Source of the DNA: Parasitella parasitica NRRL 2501
Taxonomy: Eukaryota > Fungi > Mucoromycota
DNA length: 64,000 nt
Assembly (NCBI GenBank): GCA_025201805.1
Contig: MU619249.1
Coordinates: 238,368 to 302,367 of the forward strand
Direction: 5' to 3'
The notes under the pieces: generated by a model
Told to the model about the DNA's origin: nothing
Databases searched by the model: none
The model's input: the letters and a program-made list of their open reading frames with translations, nothing else
Program-made: the position numbers and the translations under genes
Shown here: piece by piece, positions 24,942 to 37,345 of the stretch
Layout: each line of letters starts with the position of its first letter
Numbering within the stretch: the first letter of the stretch is position 1

Positions 24942-27930
24942 AGACTACTACAGCGAAAGGCCATCATTTGGCAGCAGTAAGCGCATGTCTTACCAGCAGT
25001 CTTCTTCAACCTCAAGACAGTATTCGTCCGAAGCCACAGACGTCGCTTCAAGAAGGCTTTCATTATCCAAGCTGAATCTCATGGATGTAGACAAAAGAAG
25101 CTCTGTGCGCGACTGGAGATCAAAAAGTCCAACCTCCATCACGCCCATGCCATCTTCATCGCACACATCTCGACCCAACTCCATGATCAACCACAGCCAC
25201 CGTCTCTCCACTGGCTCCTTCATCATGGATGCTGGTGCTGGTGGCAATGGCCATCAGCGCAAGCCCTTGTTTACCTCACATCTACCCTTCTCGTCTGTGG
25301 TGCCTTACCTCAAATCAAACATGCTGGTGAGCGGCTTGCTTCGCGTCAACAAGCGCAATCGGTCTGACGCCTACGTGTTTTGCGAAGAATTCAATGCAGA
25401 TATATACATTTGCGGTTCGCGCGATCGCAACCGTGCTTTAGAAGGAGACAATGTCGCTGTGAAGCTGATTGAAGTGGACCAGGTCATGCTGGAGAAGCAC
25501 GAAAAGGAAGAGGCTAAACTGGCCAGGAACAATGGCCACCCTGTAGTGAGAAAGCCTGATGAGGAGGACGAGAAGGAGATTATTTTTGGTGGCGAAGAAG
25601 ACGTGGATTTGGTGCCTCCCAAGTTTTGCGGTGTCGTGGTTGCTATTTTGGACCGTGCTCAAAAACAAGTGTTTTCAGGCACATTGGGTCTGACTCGTCC
25701 CAGTAACAAAAGAAAGGGCGAGGATCAACAGCAGCAGCACCAGCAGCAACGTGAAAGCTCTGTACCTCGTATTATTTGGTTCAAGCCTACCGACAAGCGT
25801 GTGCCTTTGATTGCTATCCCTGTGGAGCAAGCACCTCCTGGATTCATAGAGAATAGTGATGCTTTTGAGAACAAGCTCTTTTTGGTAAGTTGGGACAGGG
25901 ACCCACAGAATAAAAGAATCTAACTCTGCAAATTCTCGTAGGGTTCGATCAAACGATGGCCCATCACCTCTTTGCATCCATTTGGCGTGCTTGAAAATGA
26001 GCTTGGTGTGGTTGAAGACATTCGGGTCCAATTGAGAGCCATAATAGCCGACAACAATGTCAATTCCTTGCCCTACACTGACGCAATGTCAACATATAAT
26101 GTCTTGAGCGCGGAAATGGTAGAAAGAGAAATCGCAAGCAAAGCACGCCGTGATTTGCGCTCTACGCGATGTGTTACTATTGTCGATGAGGATGGAGGCT
26201 TTTTGGAGAATGCCTTGTCAATCACACCCATACAGGACACCACTGCTTTTGAAGTGGGGATCCATGTCGCTGATATCACTGCTTTTATCAGCGCAGACTC
26301 TGCCCTGGATAAAGAAGCACGATCAAGAGGCATTGATGTCTATCACACTATTTTTGAAAAGGTGCCTTTATGGCCTGACTCTTTGAAGGAAGAGTGCACG
26401 AATCTTGTGCAAGGTAAAGACAGATTTGCATTCTCGATTATTTGGACCATGACAAGCACTGGGGAAATCATCGACACTTGGTTTGGAAAAACTGTCGTCA
26501 AGTAAGTCTCGATTGGCTGCTGATGTATTCCTGCCTTCCATTTCCTAACCATCTCTAATAGCTCCAATGCAGTAATGACCCTGAGAGAGCTGCAGAATAT
26601 TATCGATAGCCCCAGGAACGATCAGAGCGATCTTTCATCAGACATACTCTCACTGTTTTCCATCTCGTGCTCCCTCCGTCAATCGCGGTCTGAGAAGGCG
26701 CTCTTCATCAAGCCTCCACAGCTCGATATTCGCTTCAAAGACGACAGCTACCCTAGTAGCATCTCCACCAAAACGCACCTCAAATCTGAATGCATACTGG
26801 AAGAGTTCCAAATCCTGGCCAACACACAAGTCGCTCAAAAGATCAGCAGCCATCTGCCTGACCATGCTTTGCTAAGGTCTCAATCACCGCCAAACGAGCG
26901 AAAGTTGCGTGATCTGACTCAATATCTGGACAGTTTGGGCTACGTTATTCATCCTGAGACACCGAGCAGTCTTCAGAAATCCATCGATGCCATTGAGAAC
27001 CCTGAAGCCAAGACCGTCATTATGACTCTGGTTATGAAATCAATGAGTCAGGAAAAGTACTTTTGCACCGGAGCATTCGACATTAACCGCTACCATCATT
27101 ACGCCAATAACGCGCCGCTGTACACACACTTTTGCTCGCCTACCAAGAGATATGCCGACACCATTGTTCATCGTCAAATGGAGGCGTTCATCAAGGGCGA
27201 CAACTACTTTTTCATGGAACCCGAGATTGTCCAAAAGACGGCACAGCTATGCAATGTCAAGACAAGGGCCGCTGAAAATGCCAATGAGCAAACACAGCAC
27301 ATGTTTTCGTCCTACTATTTGGCAAACAATTCGGGCGTGTCTACAAACCGTATCCAGGATGCTATCGTTGTCGGGGTACAAGAAGGCGCCTTTGATGTGA
27401 TTGTGCCTGGCTTGGGCCTCGAGCGACGCATTCATACTATCAATCTGCCCCTGAAATCAGACACCTACAGTCTCTCTGAAAATGTGCTACATTTGATTTG
27501 GGTTCAAGGAGAGGCAACTGTCGATGCTGGTGTAGAAACTGCCATTTCTACCGATGACGATGACGACGATGACGAGTACGATGATAGCATTATAGATACC
27601 TATAGTGTTCGAGACGATATCGACTCGCCAGAAGAAGATGCCATTCTAGCAGATATCGGAAAGGATGAGCAGGTCAAGCGTCTGTCTATCAAGTCGTCGT
27701 CTACTGCGGCTCTTGATGAATTAAAAAAGAATCGCAGAAGGTCCACTTCCATCCGAGCTATTCAGGGCGAGGATGCTTGGATCACGCAGAAAGAATGCAC
27801 CTTCCCCAACGAGTGTCGTCAATTGATCCGACCCTTTGACTTTGTAAAAGTAGTAGTTACTGCTGATCCCATTCGTAGCTCTCCTTTGATAAGAGTTTTA
27901 GCTGCTAATCCTTTTGTTACGAAGCAGTGA
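24168..27930 (+). CDS. SSD1/Sts5/DIS3L2-family RNA-binding RNase II-like protein with polyQ N-terminus (probable pseudonuclease), 4 exons
   Basis: RKPLFTSHLP, GLLRVNKRNRSDAYV, DIYICGSRDRNRALEGD, WFKPTDKRVPLIAIP, KRWPITSLHPFG, EVGIHVAD and YTHFCSPTKRYAD. Introns ~24240-24298, 25885-25941 and 26503-26561. Confidence 0.9.
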
Positions 27931-27954
27931 TACGCATTTTGAACAATAAAGCTG

Positions 27955-27994
<40 letters not shown>

Positions 27995-28229
27995 GCTAGT
28001 ATTGAGTTGTATACAACATCAATTTCGCTGCAAAGAAGCAGTGAACTACAAACAACAGCTCTTTGTCACTTTTCTTAAGCTCAGGGATCCTTGTTTTAGG
28101 GGTTCTTTGTTTAATCACATAGTAGATTTGAAAATAAAAGTATAGATCAAGAGCTTCTTTCAGTGTATCCTCTAATAACACCACTCGTAATTTTTTTGTC
28201 TTTATTTTTTAGCGGTTGAAATGGGCAGT

Positions 28230-29684
28230 TTACCAGCTTGTCCACTCATCATCCGAATTCTCGTCTCTTTTGCTGGTGGTAGCAGTTTTTCTCGCTGTCG
28301 TTTCTCTGAGAGGCGTTCTATTTCGTGGAGGAGCTTGAGAAGGAGAAGCACTACGAGAAGTAGGGGCGGATTGTTGCTGCAGTGAAGAGATGGTAGAGTT
28401 AAAGAAATCGTCATTGGTATTATCGTTGCTGGTATGACTAGATGAGCTATAGCTACTTCTCAAACTGACGTTACTGTTACTTCTGTGAGCGACATTCAAA
28501 GAGTCGCTAACAAGACTTCTAGTCTTTTCACTGATATTTTGCACATAGCCGCTAACATTGCTTCTAAAGTTGGGATCATTCCACTGTGTTTGAGCCGGCT
28601 TGACATAATTGTCATTTGCATAGCGAGCACCTTGAGCAGCTGCTTTACCCAACTCTTCCACACCCATTGATAAAAGCGACCAGCCCTTTGTTAATGCCTG
28701 CATTGGATCGTTTATAATATCTTCAATGCCTGATGCTGACGGCGTCCTAGAATTGGATTGGTTTTCAAATGCTGGATTCCCAAAACCTGTAAACTTGCCG
28801 CCTTGGCTTGGAGGTAAATTACTACAGCACATGCAATTTTACAATCCAGTAAATATGAATCCACCATATTGGTATAACAGTAATAATAATAATAATAGTA
28901 CATACGCATCTCTACTTTCGTTTGCTTGGCCTAATTTAGCAAAGAAATTTTCAGTTCTCTCCTTGTCCCCAACTAGTCCAGCAGCATTGTTGCCAAGCGC
29001 TGGAGAACTCCTTCCAGATGAATTGTTGCTACGCTGACCGCCCAGAGATCGAGTAGCTGCAGTAGCTCTCTTTGGAGTGGGAGCTGCTATGGGCGTCGAG
29101 GATGCAGCAGCCAGTGTAGGTGTCCATGTTCTGCCCTCAGCTTCCGCACTCAGCTGTATGATAGAAAAATGATGAGCCAGAAACCTTTTTTGGTATGCAA
29201 AAACGAACCTACTTTATCACGGTATAAGGTGGCAAACCTGCTGCTGTACTTTTGAAGAGGTTCCATTTTGGGGGAGTAATCCGACTGGGATTCGAAGAAT
29301 TCTCTCGCATTCTTGTTGCCACCAATCTAGATGCATAACACATGATATTTGAATTAAAGAAAGGGATCAAGCATGTTTTCATAGAGTATTTACATCCATT
29401 TTCTTGAGCTGATCGTCGAACCATTTATCCATGCTGATAGAGCGAACAAAACTAAAACGACCCAAAAGCAAAATCAAAACCATGCAAACCATGCAAACCA
29501 TGCGTGTTGCTCCACATTACCTGATATGAACACCAAATGAACGATGTACGCCTGAACAGTCGAGACAAATAAAGATACCATAGCTCACACTTGCCCACTG
29601 TGGGTTGGGGGCAGGGCAATCAAAACAAGTACGGTTTTCAGATCTTCTCTGGATTTCGTAGAGCTTCTGCTTGTATTCAGCCAT
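28230..29684 (-). CDS. GCS1: ADP-ribosylation factor GTPase-activating protein (Gcs1/ArfGAP1-like), multi-exon
   Basis: [49 protein letters not shown]; [15 protein letters not shown]; [14 protein letters not shown]; C-terminal DDEWTSW. Confidence 0.92.
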
Positions 29685-31506
29685 GCTGTATTCGATATGT
29701 GAAAATTAGTAAGCCTTCGTTCTATAGTAATGGTGCTTACATGTAGCAATGTTTAGCTGTTGTGAGGAAAAACAAAGAAGAAGAAAAAAAAGAAGACAAA
29801 ATTTGGAATGGAACAATAAACCCTTTGGGTCTCCGTTGATCGACCACGACATGTTTATCAAGGCAACAGTTTTATTCGAAAAAAAAAATAAGTCTTTCTT
29901 TGGTTGGATTATTTTAATGCCTGTCAGAGAAGCTATCAAGTCTTTCACACAATTTTTTTTCGGGGTGGCAGTCGCCGATTTCACTGCAACATCGTCTTTC
30001 GTCGCATGCTTGGCCATAATCAGCACATGGATCCGGAATTCTGTACAGACCCGCACTTACAGAAAGTAAATGATAAACAACACCAAGAAGAGAGAAAGGA
30101 TACTGATTGAGCTAAACGTCGTCATTTTATGATTTAAGGGAAGTAATGAATATATACAATTGGAAAACAGAGAAAGAAGTTATGGACAAGGCCCTCTTTT
30201 TTATACCATTTCATTTCCCTGAATAATGCGCACTCTTCCCTTTTATAAAAAAAACAACTAGCAGAATAGGGTCGTCGTTGTCTATTACACGTTCTCAATC
30301 AGGTAATATGATTCATCATTGTTCGATGATGCAGTGATTGTTGTTTCATTGAATTGTAAATGTGGCAAACAGGTGTATAGAAGGTAAAGAGACAAAGAGT
30401 AGACCTGGGTCTTAAACTGGCCTCTTTCTTTGCAGCCCTGACTGAAGAATATAATCTGCAGATAATAACAAGGAAACACTCAAACGCTATTTTGTTTATT
30501 CTACACAAAAAACCAGATTGCCATTGCTTTTTTTGGTCAAATGCTGTGTCAAACTTTAGAATTTGTATTTCAAATTTTTATTAAGCAGTAGAAATTTTTA
30601 TTGAGCAATAGATATTTTTTTTTTTAACAATAATGGTTAAACAAAATGTGTAAGCTGGGTAAGCAAATGGGTAAGCTGGGAAAGTGATGGTGTTTTTTTA
30701 TTTCCCAAAAATTCTATTTTCAAACGCAATTCACTGTATCGTAGATATATCCTTATTAACCAAGGAAACGACAATTGATTGTTGTTGACCATGCTGTGTA
30801 CTCAATCTCTATATGCGCTTTCCTTAAATAAATTACAAGCACACATACATTTTGGCAATAAAATAGGTTTAATCTTTACAATTTCCAGAGAAGAGGAGAG
30901 GAGCCTTACAGGTCCATTCTTGGAGCTTGTTCATACGATTTGCATATGCAATAAATATCGTCACAACAAGGCATAGGCGTTTTTCGGTCGCAAGAGCCGC
31001 CTATTGAGCTACAATATGGCTTCATAGAGAGTAGTTAGGCAGTCAAATAGTAATGGTTGAACCAAAGGCATTCATTATATGATTGTTGTGCGTAAATAGG
31101 ATGAGGAAACATGCTGTGCTTATATTCTTTGTTGTTTGACGATTGCATGGAAACGTTTGTACGATGACGAACTTTGATTGTCATATAGACTATGCTTTTC
31201 TTTATTAATTAATTAATACCTAAAATTTCCTATGTTAACATCATTATAATAACTAAGGTTGACTGAGTTGAATGCTTTTATTTATTGATTTTTGGGTAAA
31301 GGGAAAGAGAAATCCCGCAGATCTAGGAAGAAAAGTTCCATTGTCATTGCTTAGATGGCTTTTCTGCTTCAATATTATATGATTTACAACAATGGATTTC
31401 CGAACGAATTATCGGTGGAAAAATAATAATGTATACGACGTACGCAAAATAGATATTTCTAATGCTCTGACGAAAAGTTGATGTATTTCGATGAAAATCG
31501 TTGATT

Positions 31507-31686
31507 CTACCATAATCGTTTAAACCCTTGGCATGTCTTTTCTACTTGATCGCATTGAAGTTGGCGGCAACAACCCGTATCCCACGAATTGTCACATTCG
31601 GAGCCTTCTGGGATACACCCCTTGACAATAAGTAAATGGCTTGTCAGCACCAAAAGAGCAGCAGTTAACAAACTAAACGTCTTCAT
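31507..31686 (-). CDS. Small secreted cysteine-rich peptide with inhibitor cystine knot (knottin) spacing, 59 aa
   Basis: MKTFSLLTAALLVLTSHLLIVKG|CIPEGSECDNSWDTGCCRQLQCDQVEKTCQGFKRLW*. Hydrophobic signal peptide plus C-X6-C-X7-CC-X4-C-X6-C. AAA-ATG start context and upstream TATAAAA. Confidence 0.75.
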   Translation of the reverse strand: MKTFSLLTAALLVLTSHLLIVKGCIPEGSECDNSWDTGCCRQLQCDQVEKTCQGFKRLW

Positions 31687-31751
31687 TTTATGGTTTCCNN
31701 NNNNNNNNAAAAAAAAAAAAAGAAAAAAAAAAGCAATAGGCGAAATCCTTA

Positions 31752-31758
31752 TTTTATA
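31752..31758 (-). promoter_or_regulatory. Putative TATA box of the knottin-like gene
   Basis: Minus strand GGGGTATAAAATAAGG about 65 nt (including a small N gap) upstream of the ATG at 31686. Confidence 0.4.
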
Positions 31759-32865
31759 CCCCCTTTGCCTTAACTAAATGTATTATTGTCTCTTGCATGC
31801 ATGTAGCAGTGGTATTCACATCTGAAATTCAGTGCTCTTAAACGTATCTTATATACGTATATTTATTTTTTTTACTGAATTACTTGGCACACTTTCGTCT
31901 GAATTAAATTCTATCAACATACATTATATAAAAATATATCATGTTGCATTTATGCTGACACATATATACAGCCACAGTGAACTTGTGGTCGGTTGTTTTT
32001 CCATCTCAAATGGTATTCGCGTTCTTTATGCGATATATCATAGATCGAGAACAGAATAAAGGTTCATCTTTCTGCGCACTACAAGGTACAAAATGTTTTA
32101 ATACAGGACATGCTTGTGAGCAGAAACGATTCATCACACCGCGTGCATGTGCATTGAATAAAGACTTCAAGGTGTTATATGTTTTTATTTTATTTTATAT
32201 TATCCTTTATCCATTTTATACTTTATTCTTCATATCTTATCCTTCTATTCTTATATAATTGATGATTGCGCCTGCCGCTTGATTACACTCAAACCTCTGT
32301 AATTTACACGGAGCAAATAATAAAAACCTTTAAAAAAAAAGGTGTTATTTGAAGGAAGCCGCTCGATGAATTGCTTGTTTCCCGTTTTGAAACAAAGTTG
32401 AAAACATGTATAACTGCAATAGTCATGGCCCATCTGATATTTCCCTTGCGGAATTTCTGTTCTACTGCCAACGAAATTTCCTTCCACTGTTTCATTTAGA
32501 AACAACTCGATTCACCATACTGGTATATTTTACTCTCAAATTATAATGGAACTTTTTGTTCCTTCTGTTTAACAAATGCGACGAAATGACGAGTTTATGA
32601 GAGTTTGCTGGGATCAATCTATTTAAGTTGGTGTAACCTTATGGCGAAGCAACAGCTTAAAAGTTTGCTTGCAAAGACCTGCTATATTTAGTGCCTTATG
32701 ATAGTTCGATCACAGGTTAAATTTGCTCCATTTTTGTTTAACAAAATGTATAAATAAATTGACCATGGTAGCACTTCATGTATGTCACATCATGAGAAAA
32801 AAATAAAAAAATTACTAACGACATAGTGCTATTGGGATGAACACATATAAATGTTAACACACCAA

Positions 32866-32922
32866 CGCTGAGCTTGAGCAAGTTTAGACACATCAGCGCT
32901 GAGCTTGAGCAAGTTCAGATAC
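32866..32922. repeat. Two-copy ~31 bp tandem repeat
   Basis: cgctgagcttgagcaagtttagaca... followed by cgctgagcttgagcaagttcagata. Confidence 0.8.
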
Positions 32923-33989
32923 TACAAGAATTCAGGTATATAGCAAGACTGAATCCACATGCCTATGCAACATTTCTAAAGGACCCTATTGTTAGCGTAG
33001 TAAGAACCAAAAATCAATCTTTGGCAAAAACCTGTTATTGAACTAAACCTCTTATTCGTTAATGTATACAAATAATATAGAAGGGCTGAGAACTCAGCAT
33101 TAATCTTGGAGTAAATAACTAAATCAAAGATGTTCAGTTATATGCATATAGGCAAAGATATATCTTGTTACAAGATCTCATAAGGATCACCGTTTGTTTC
33201 GTAATCACATATTATGAGAAAAAACTAAGACCTAGTCAAGTTCCCCTCCCTCACCCCCGGTTACATATGTGAGGTTATTTGTTTTATTCATGTGGGATCT
33301 ACTTCATTATATATGGTGATACTTTCAGCGATCTGTCAAACAAACTATAATTTGTAATAAATGGTCTCTGGTATTCTCAACTGTATGGATATGGTTATAT
33401 TTCACGTTTTGCATGTTATATCTTGTGTCAATTATTTTTAGGACTTTTTATCGAAAGATTTGTCTTCTTTGAACATACATATGAGGTACATTGGCTCCCT
33501 ATTACTTATTCTCTGAATTCTATTATAATTACATAACTGTCATGTATAAAGGGAATTTTTGTTTGTTTCAAATGGTTACTTTTTCGGCTCAATATACTCT
33601 TATGATGATCGGTAAAAAAGTCTAACATTAAACACCAAAAATATCCTTCCAATAGGTCTACAGGTGTCTCATGGAAGAACCCAAGTTACACAGATAATGT
33701 ACTCGCCCCTTTAGCCCCCCCATCTCCTGTTATCCCGTCTTGCTTCCTTGAAGTTGGTTGGTCGATCCTATATCTTACGCGCAAATGGTATCACGCGAGG
33801 TCCTCTCTCCACAATAGCACATTTTAAAAAAAAAGGACCCCCCCCCAGATGTACCGTAACAATCTTTTATTATTCATTAGTTATTGTACCTTTTGAAAAC
33901 GCTGCGTCTTACCCGGGAAAAATTTTTTTGTACAAATAGGTTGCGAAACATCGGGCATGCCTCTTTCTTTTTCTTTCTTGTTCAAAAAA

Positions 33990-36150
33990 ATGAAATTGGT
34001 TGCACTTTCAACATTAGTTACTTTGGCTCTTTCAGGTGTTTTGGCAGCTGATGTCCAATACTCTGTCATCGCATTCCCTTCCGGTAACCAAGGTGTATCC
34101 GTCTCTGTTGCTGGACAAACAGTTGCGCTTAAAAAGAGCGATGTTCATCCCAACATTTACTCTGGTACTGCCCCTTCGGGCGAGACCTACCAATATGTAC
34201 TCACCGATGGCCAAACCAACACTCCCGAGACAGCTGTCCGTAAACTTGCCCAAGGAACTACCTCCACTGGCAATGAGTTTTTTAACCGCACTCAGACTGT
34301 CTGGAGTGTTCCTAGTCTCCCCCAAGCCTACAACCCCATATATCCTAGTAAGTTTGTCCTCTGAATCTATTTTTTCAATATCTTTACTAACATTGGTTCC
34401 CCCCCAGCTTTATTCACTAGTTTGAACAACTCGAATGAAGTGGCCACAATCATAATGTCGGTCAATGTTACCGCATTAGATGCTATCAATAAGGGTCCTA
34501 CGGAAAAGCTCGACGATGCTCACATTACTGATTTGGTTTACATTAACAGTAAAGAGGTCTTTAAATTTAAAGATGGTGGCCTCAGTACTAGCGGACAGTC
34601 TACTAAAGATTTTGCAAAGCAATCTTGGTCTATTGATTTCAACAAATACAGTAATTCCACCACCAAAAGTCTTTTGTTCGGTCGTACTACATTGAAGCTT
34701 CGTGCCGAGGAGACAGATGCCACTTTTGCGTATGTTATCTGACATTGTGCAATTGCATGACTAGATCGAAAACTAATTATTTGATTAGACGTGAAAAATT
34801 AGTCCTTGATATGCTTGCTGCTGCTGGTGGCGCCACTCTTTCTGGCTCCTGGACTCGTGTCTTTATCAACAATGAACCATACGGCCTCTTCTTGCTTATG
34901 GACGATGCATCAACTCATCTTTTTGATGCTGTTCTTCACGGTGGCGACTTTAAATCAACCAACACAGGTAATTATCACTCTTGATTTCTATTTGCAACGC
35001 AACCACATCTTGGACAATGATAATACGATGAATATCTATATTTATATATGTATGCTGTCTCCCCCTTTTCCTTGATTTCTATACAAATGTTCATCTTCTC
35101 CCTAGTGTCCACCTCTAAATTGGCTCTTTACTAACTTTTTTTTTTTTGTCATATGCAGGTGTTACTTACAAAGGAAACGCCGTCAGTGATACAGTCGAAG
35201 GCAATTTGGTCTATGTTGGTGATGATGCTACTCAATACTCTGCAGATATCTACAAGCTTGAGGACACTGGCGAAGATAAGACTATTAGCAAGAAAAATAA
35301 TAGTCAAGCTGGTATCATTGACTTTACTAAACGTTTAAGCCAAGTTAACGCACAAGATGCCACTGATGCACAACACCCTGGTGGAATTGCCAACTTAATG
35401 GATTCTCCACAACATACCCTAATTCATATTGCCATGAACTATCTCATTGGCTCTTGGGATGGTTTCTGGTATCAAGCTAGTAACTACTACCTTAACAATG
35501 ATTTGGCTACCAACAAATGGACTTTGATTACATACGATTTTGACGAAACCTATGGTAATGGCATTGAAGATGCCAACATGAACACCGTCTCTTACAAGAA
35601 TTACTCTCGCCCTAACTCCAAACGTCCTCTTGTTGAAGTTTTCCTTAACAACCCTTATTACGACGGTGTCTTCCAGGATATCCTCAAGACCATCGTCAAG
35701 CGCTTTTTCAAGCCTAGTGTTGTTGATCCCATTCTTACTGCCTGGTCTCAAATGTTAGCCGAAGACATTGCCTGGACTCGCTCTATTGCTGGTCGATCTC
35801 CCGGTACAACTACTTCTTTTACCGTCAAGGATTTCCAAGATGGTCTACTCGGTAACGGCACTACCATCTCTATTAGCCAATGGGTCTCTAAACGTGCTTC
35901 ATCTCTTACTACACAACTTAACTTTAATGATACCGACGACCTTCCTGCTTTGCCTCCTTACACTGCTGGTACTCATTTGGATGCTAATGGAAATGTTGTC
36001 AAATCTGATGGTACAGGTGTTGCGGGCAACGGTACCGGTGTCGCTGCTAGTGGTAGCAGTAGTGCCAAAACAAGTGCTTCGCCTGCCACTAAGGCATCTG
36101 TCGGCCTTAGTATGATTGCTATTGTCGCTGCAGTTGTCATCGCACTTTAG
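33990..36150 (+). CDS. cotH: CotH family spore-coat protein (kinase-like fold), signal peptide and GPI-like tail, 4 exons
   Basis: MKLVALSTLVTLALSGVLA|ADVQYSVIAFP; GNEFFNR; SGQSTKDFAKQSW; LKLRAEETDATFAREKL; GSWDGFWYQASNYYL; TYDFDETYG; Ser/Ala linker plus hydrophobic C-terminus. Introns ~34348-34407, 34730-34788 and 34968-35158. Confidence 0.93.
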
Positions 36151-36742
36151 AAATAATGTCTTTTTGTTACAGGGTTTTACTCTAGCGGGGCTCTTCTTGC
36201 CCCTAACTAACTAATTAATTAAGCCCTAACTAATCTTTTATCTGCTATTTCTTGGATTGTATTTACATTTGCTTCTAATAAAGATGCTTCACTAGATTCT
36301 TTAATTTTCCAAATGGTAACAGGAGTAACTTTAGCTTGAATTTTTTTTTTTGTGGATGGTTTGGAATAGAATAAGGCCCCTAACCACAGTTTCAAAAAAA
36401 AATTCAGTGTAAATACTTCCAATTTTCAAATTCTCTGGTATATTGTAATAGAAAACAAATATTTAAAATTAGTTGGTATCTTAAGCTTCCTTTCAAAAAG
36501 CATGTGCGGTAATCAGAGCTTGACATTTATATACAACCTATCATTCAAATCATTTGTGATTATGCGTTAGTACCCTAATACTTTCAATTGATTGTGAAAA
36601 TCATGTAACTTTTGTGTCTTTACTTGCAAGAAATAACCTTTTTTTTTTTTTTTTTTTTNNNNNNNNNNTTTTTTTTAAAAAAAAAAAGGCTTTACATGAA
36701 GCAAAGTCTGTCTCTATCATACCCATATAATACTTGAGGTAA

Positions 36743-37345
36743 AGCTCAAGTTCTGCTACTAATCTTAGCACTAACTGCAAGGCTTTTACAAGAAAAATCC
36801 CATTCGACAACATCATCAACACTAGGTTTAATGGGTTAAAACAAAAGATCCAGCTCGCAGGCTCCAATATCATAGAGCTAGTTATTAGAGCAAAATTTAT
36901 TATAAACTACTATATTTTGATGGATACTACTAGAGCTCCTCCACCTGCTACGTTCAGCCAGAACTTTTGGTATAGTATCTGTAAACTTGTTAATGACCAA
37001 AGAGTTACAAATATATAGGATGTTCTAAATGACTTGATTCAAACTTGATATTCATTCAGATCAAGATATCGTACCGCAAAAACAAATATAAAGCTTGCTC
37101 CTAAAATAGGTGATTGCTTGTCCAATGTATACATTGAATTGCCAACTACTTACATTAATTCAATGGTAGAAACGTTTGAGGAAAGGCTTCTTTATTTTAT
37201 GAAATATAGAGTACAATCACTGATACCTTCAAGTCGAGAACTAACGAATACTCATAAGAATACAGAACGATCTGTCATTGATTCTATACCCCAACAATAT
37301 TGCTCTCAAGTTATTTGCAATGGAACTCTAAAATGGCCTACCATT
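36743..37345 (+). pseudogene. Decayed ORF resembling the N-terminal region of Mucorales Fanzor1 (TnpB-like) transposon-associated proteins
   Basis: One frame with stops at 37016 and 37046 reads AFTRKIPFDNII..LVIRAKFIINYYIL..TFSQNFWYSICKLVNDQRVTN..DCLSNVYIELPTTYINSMVETFEERLLYFMKYRVQ..YCSQVICNGTLKWP. Recognised from recalled Mucorales multicopy Fanzor-like sequences. No RuvC region present. Confidence 0.55.

Noticed and set aside
33303-33380. FIIYGDTFSDLSN..NGLW resembling a GDSL block I
   Set aside because: Short, contains a stop, and no downstream GDSL blocks are found. Could be chance.
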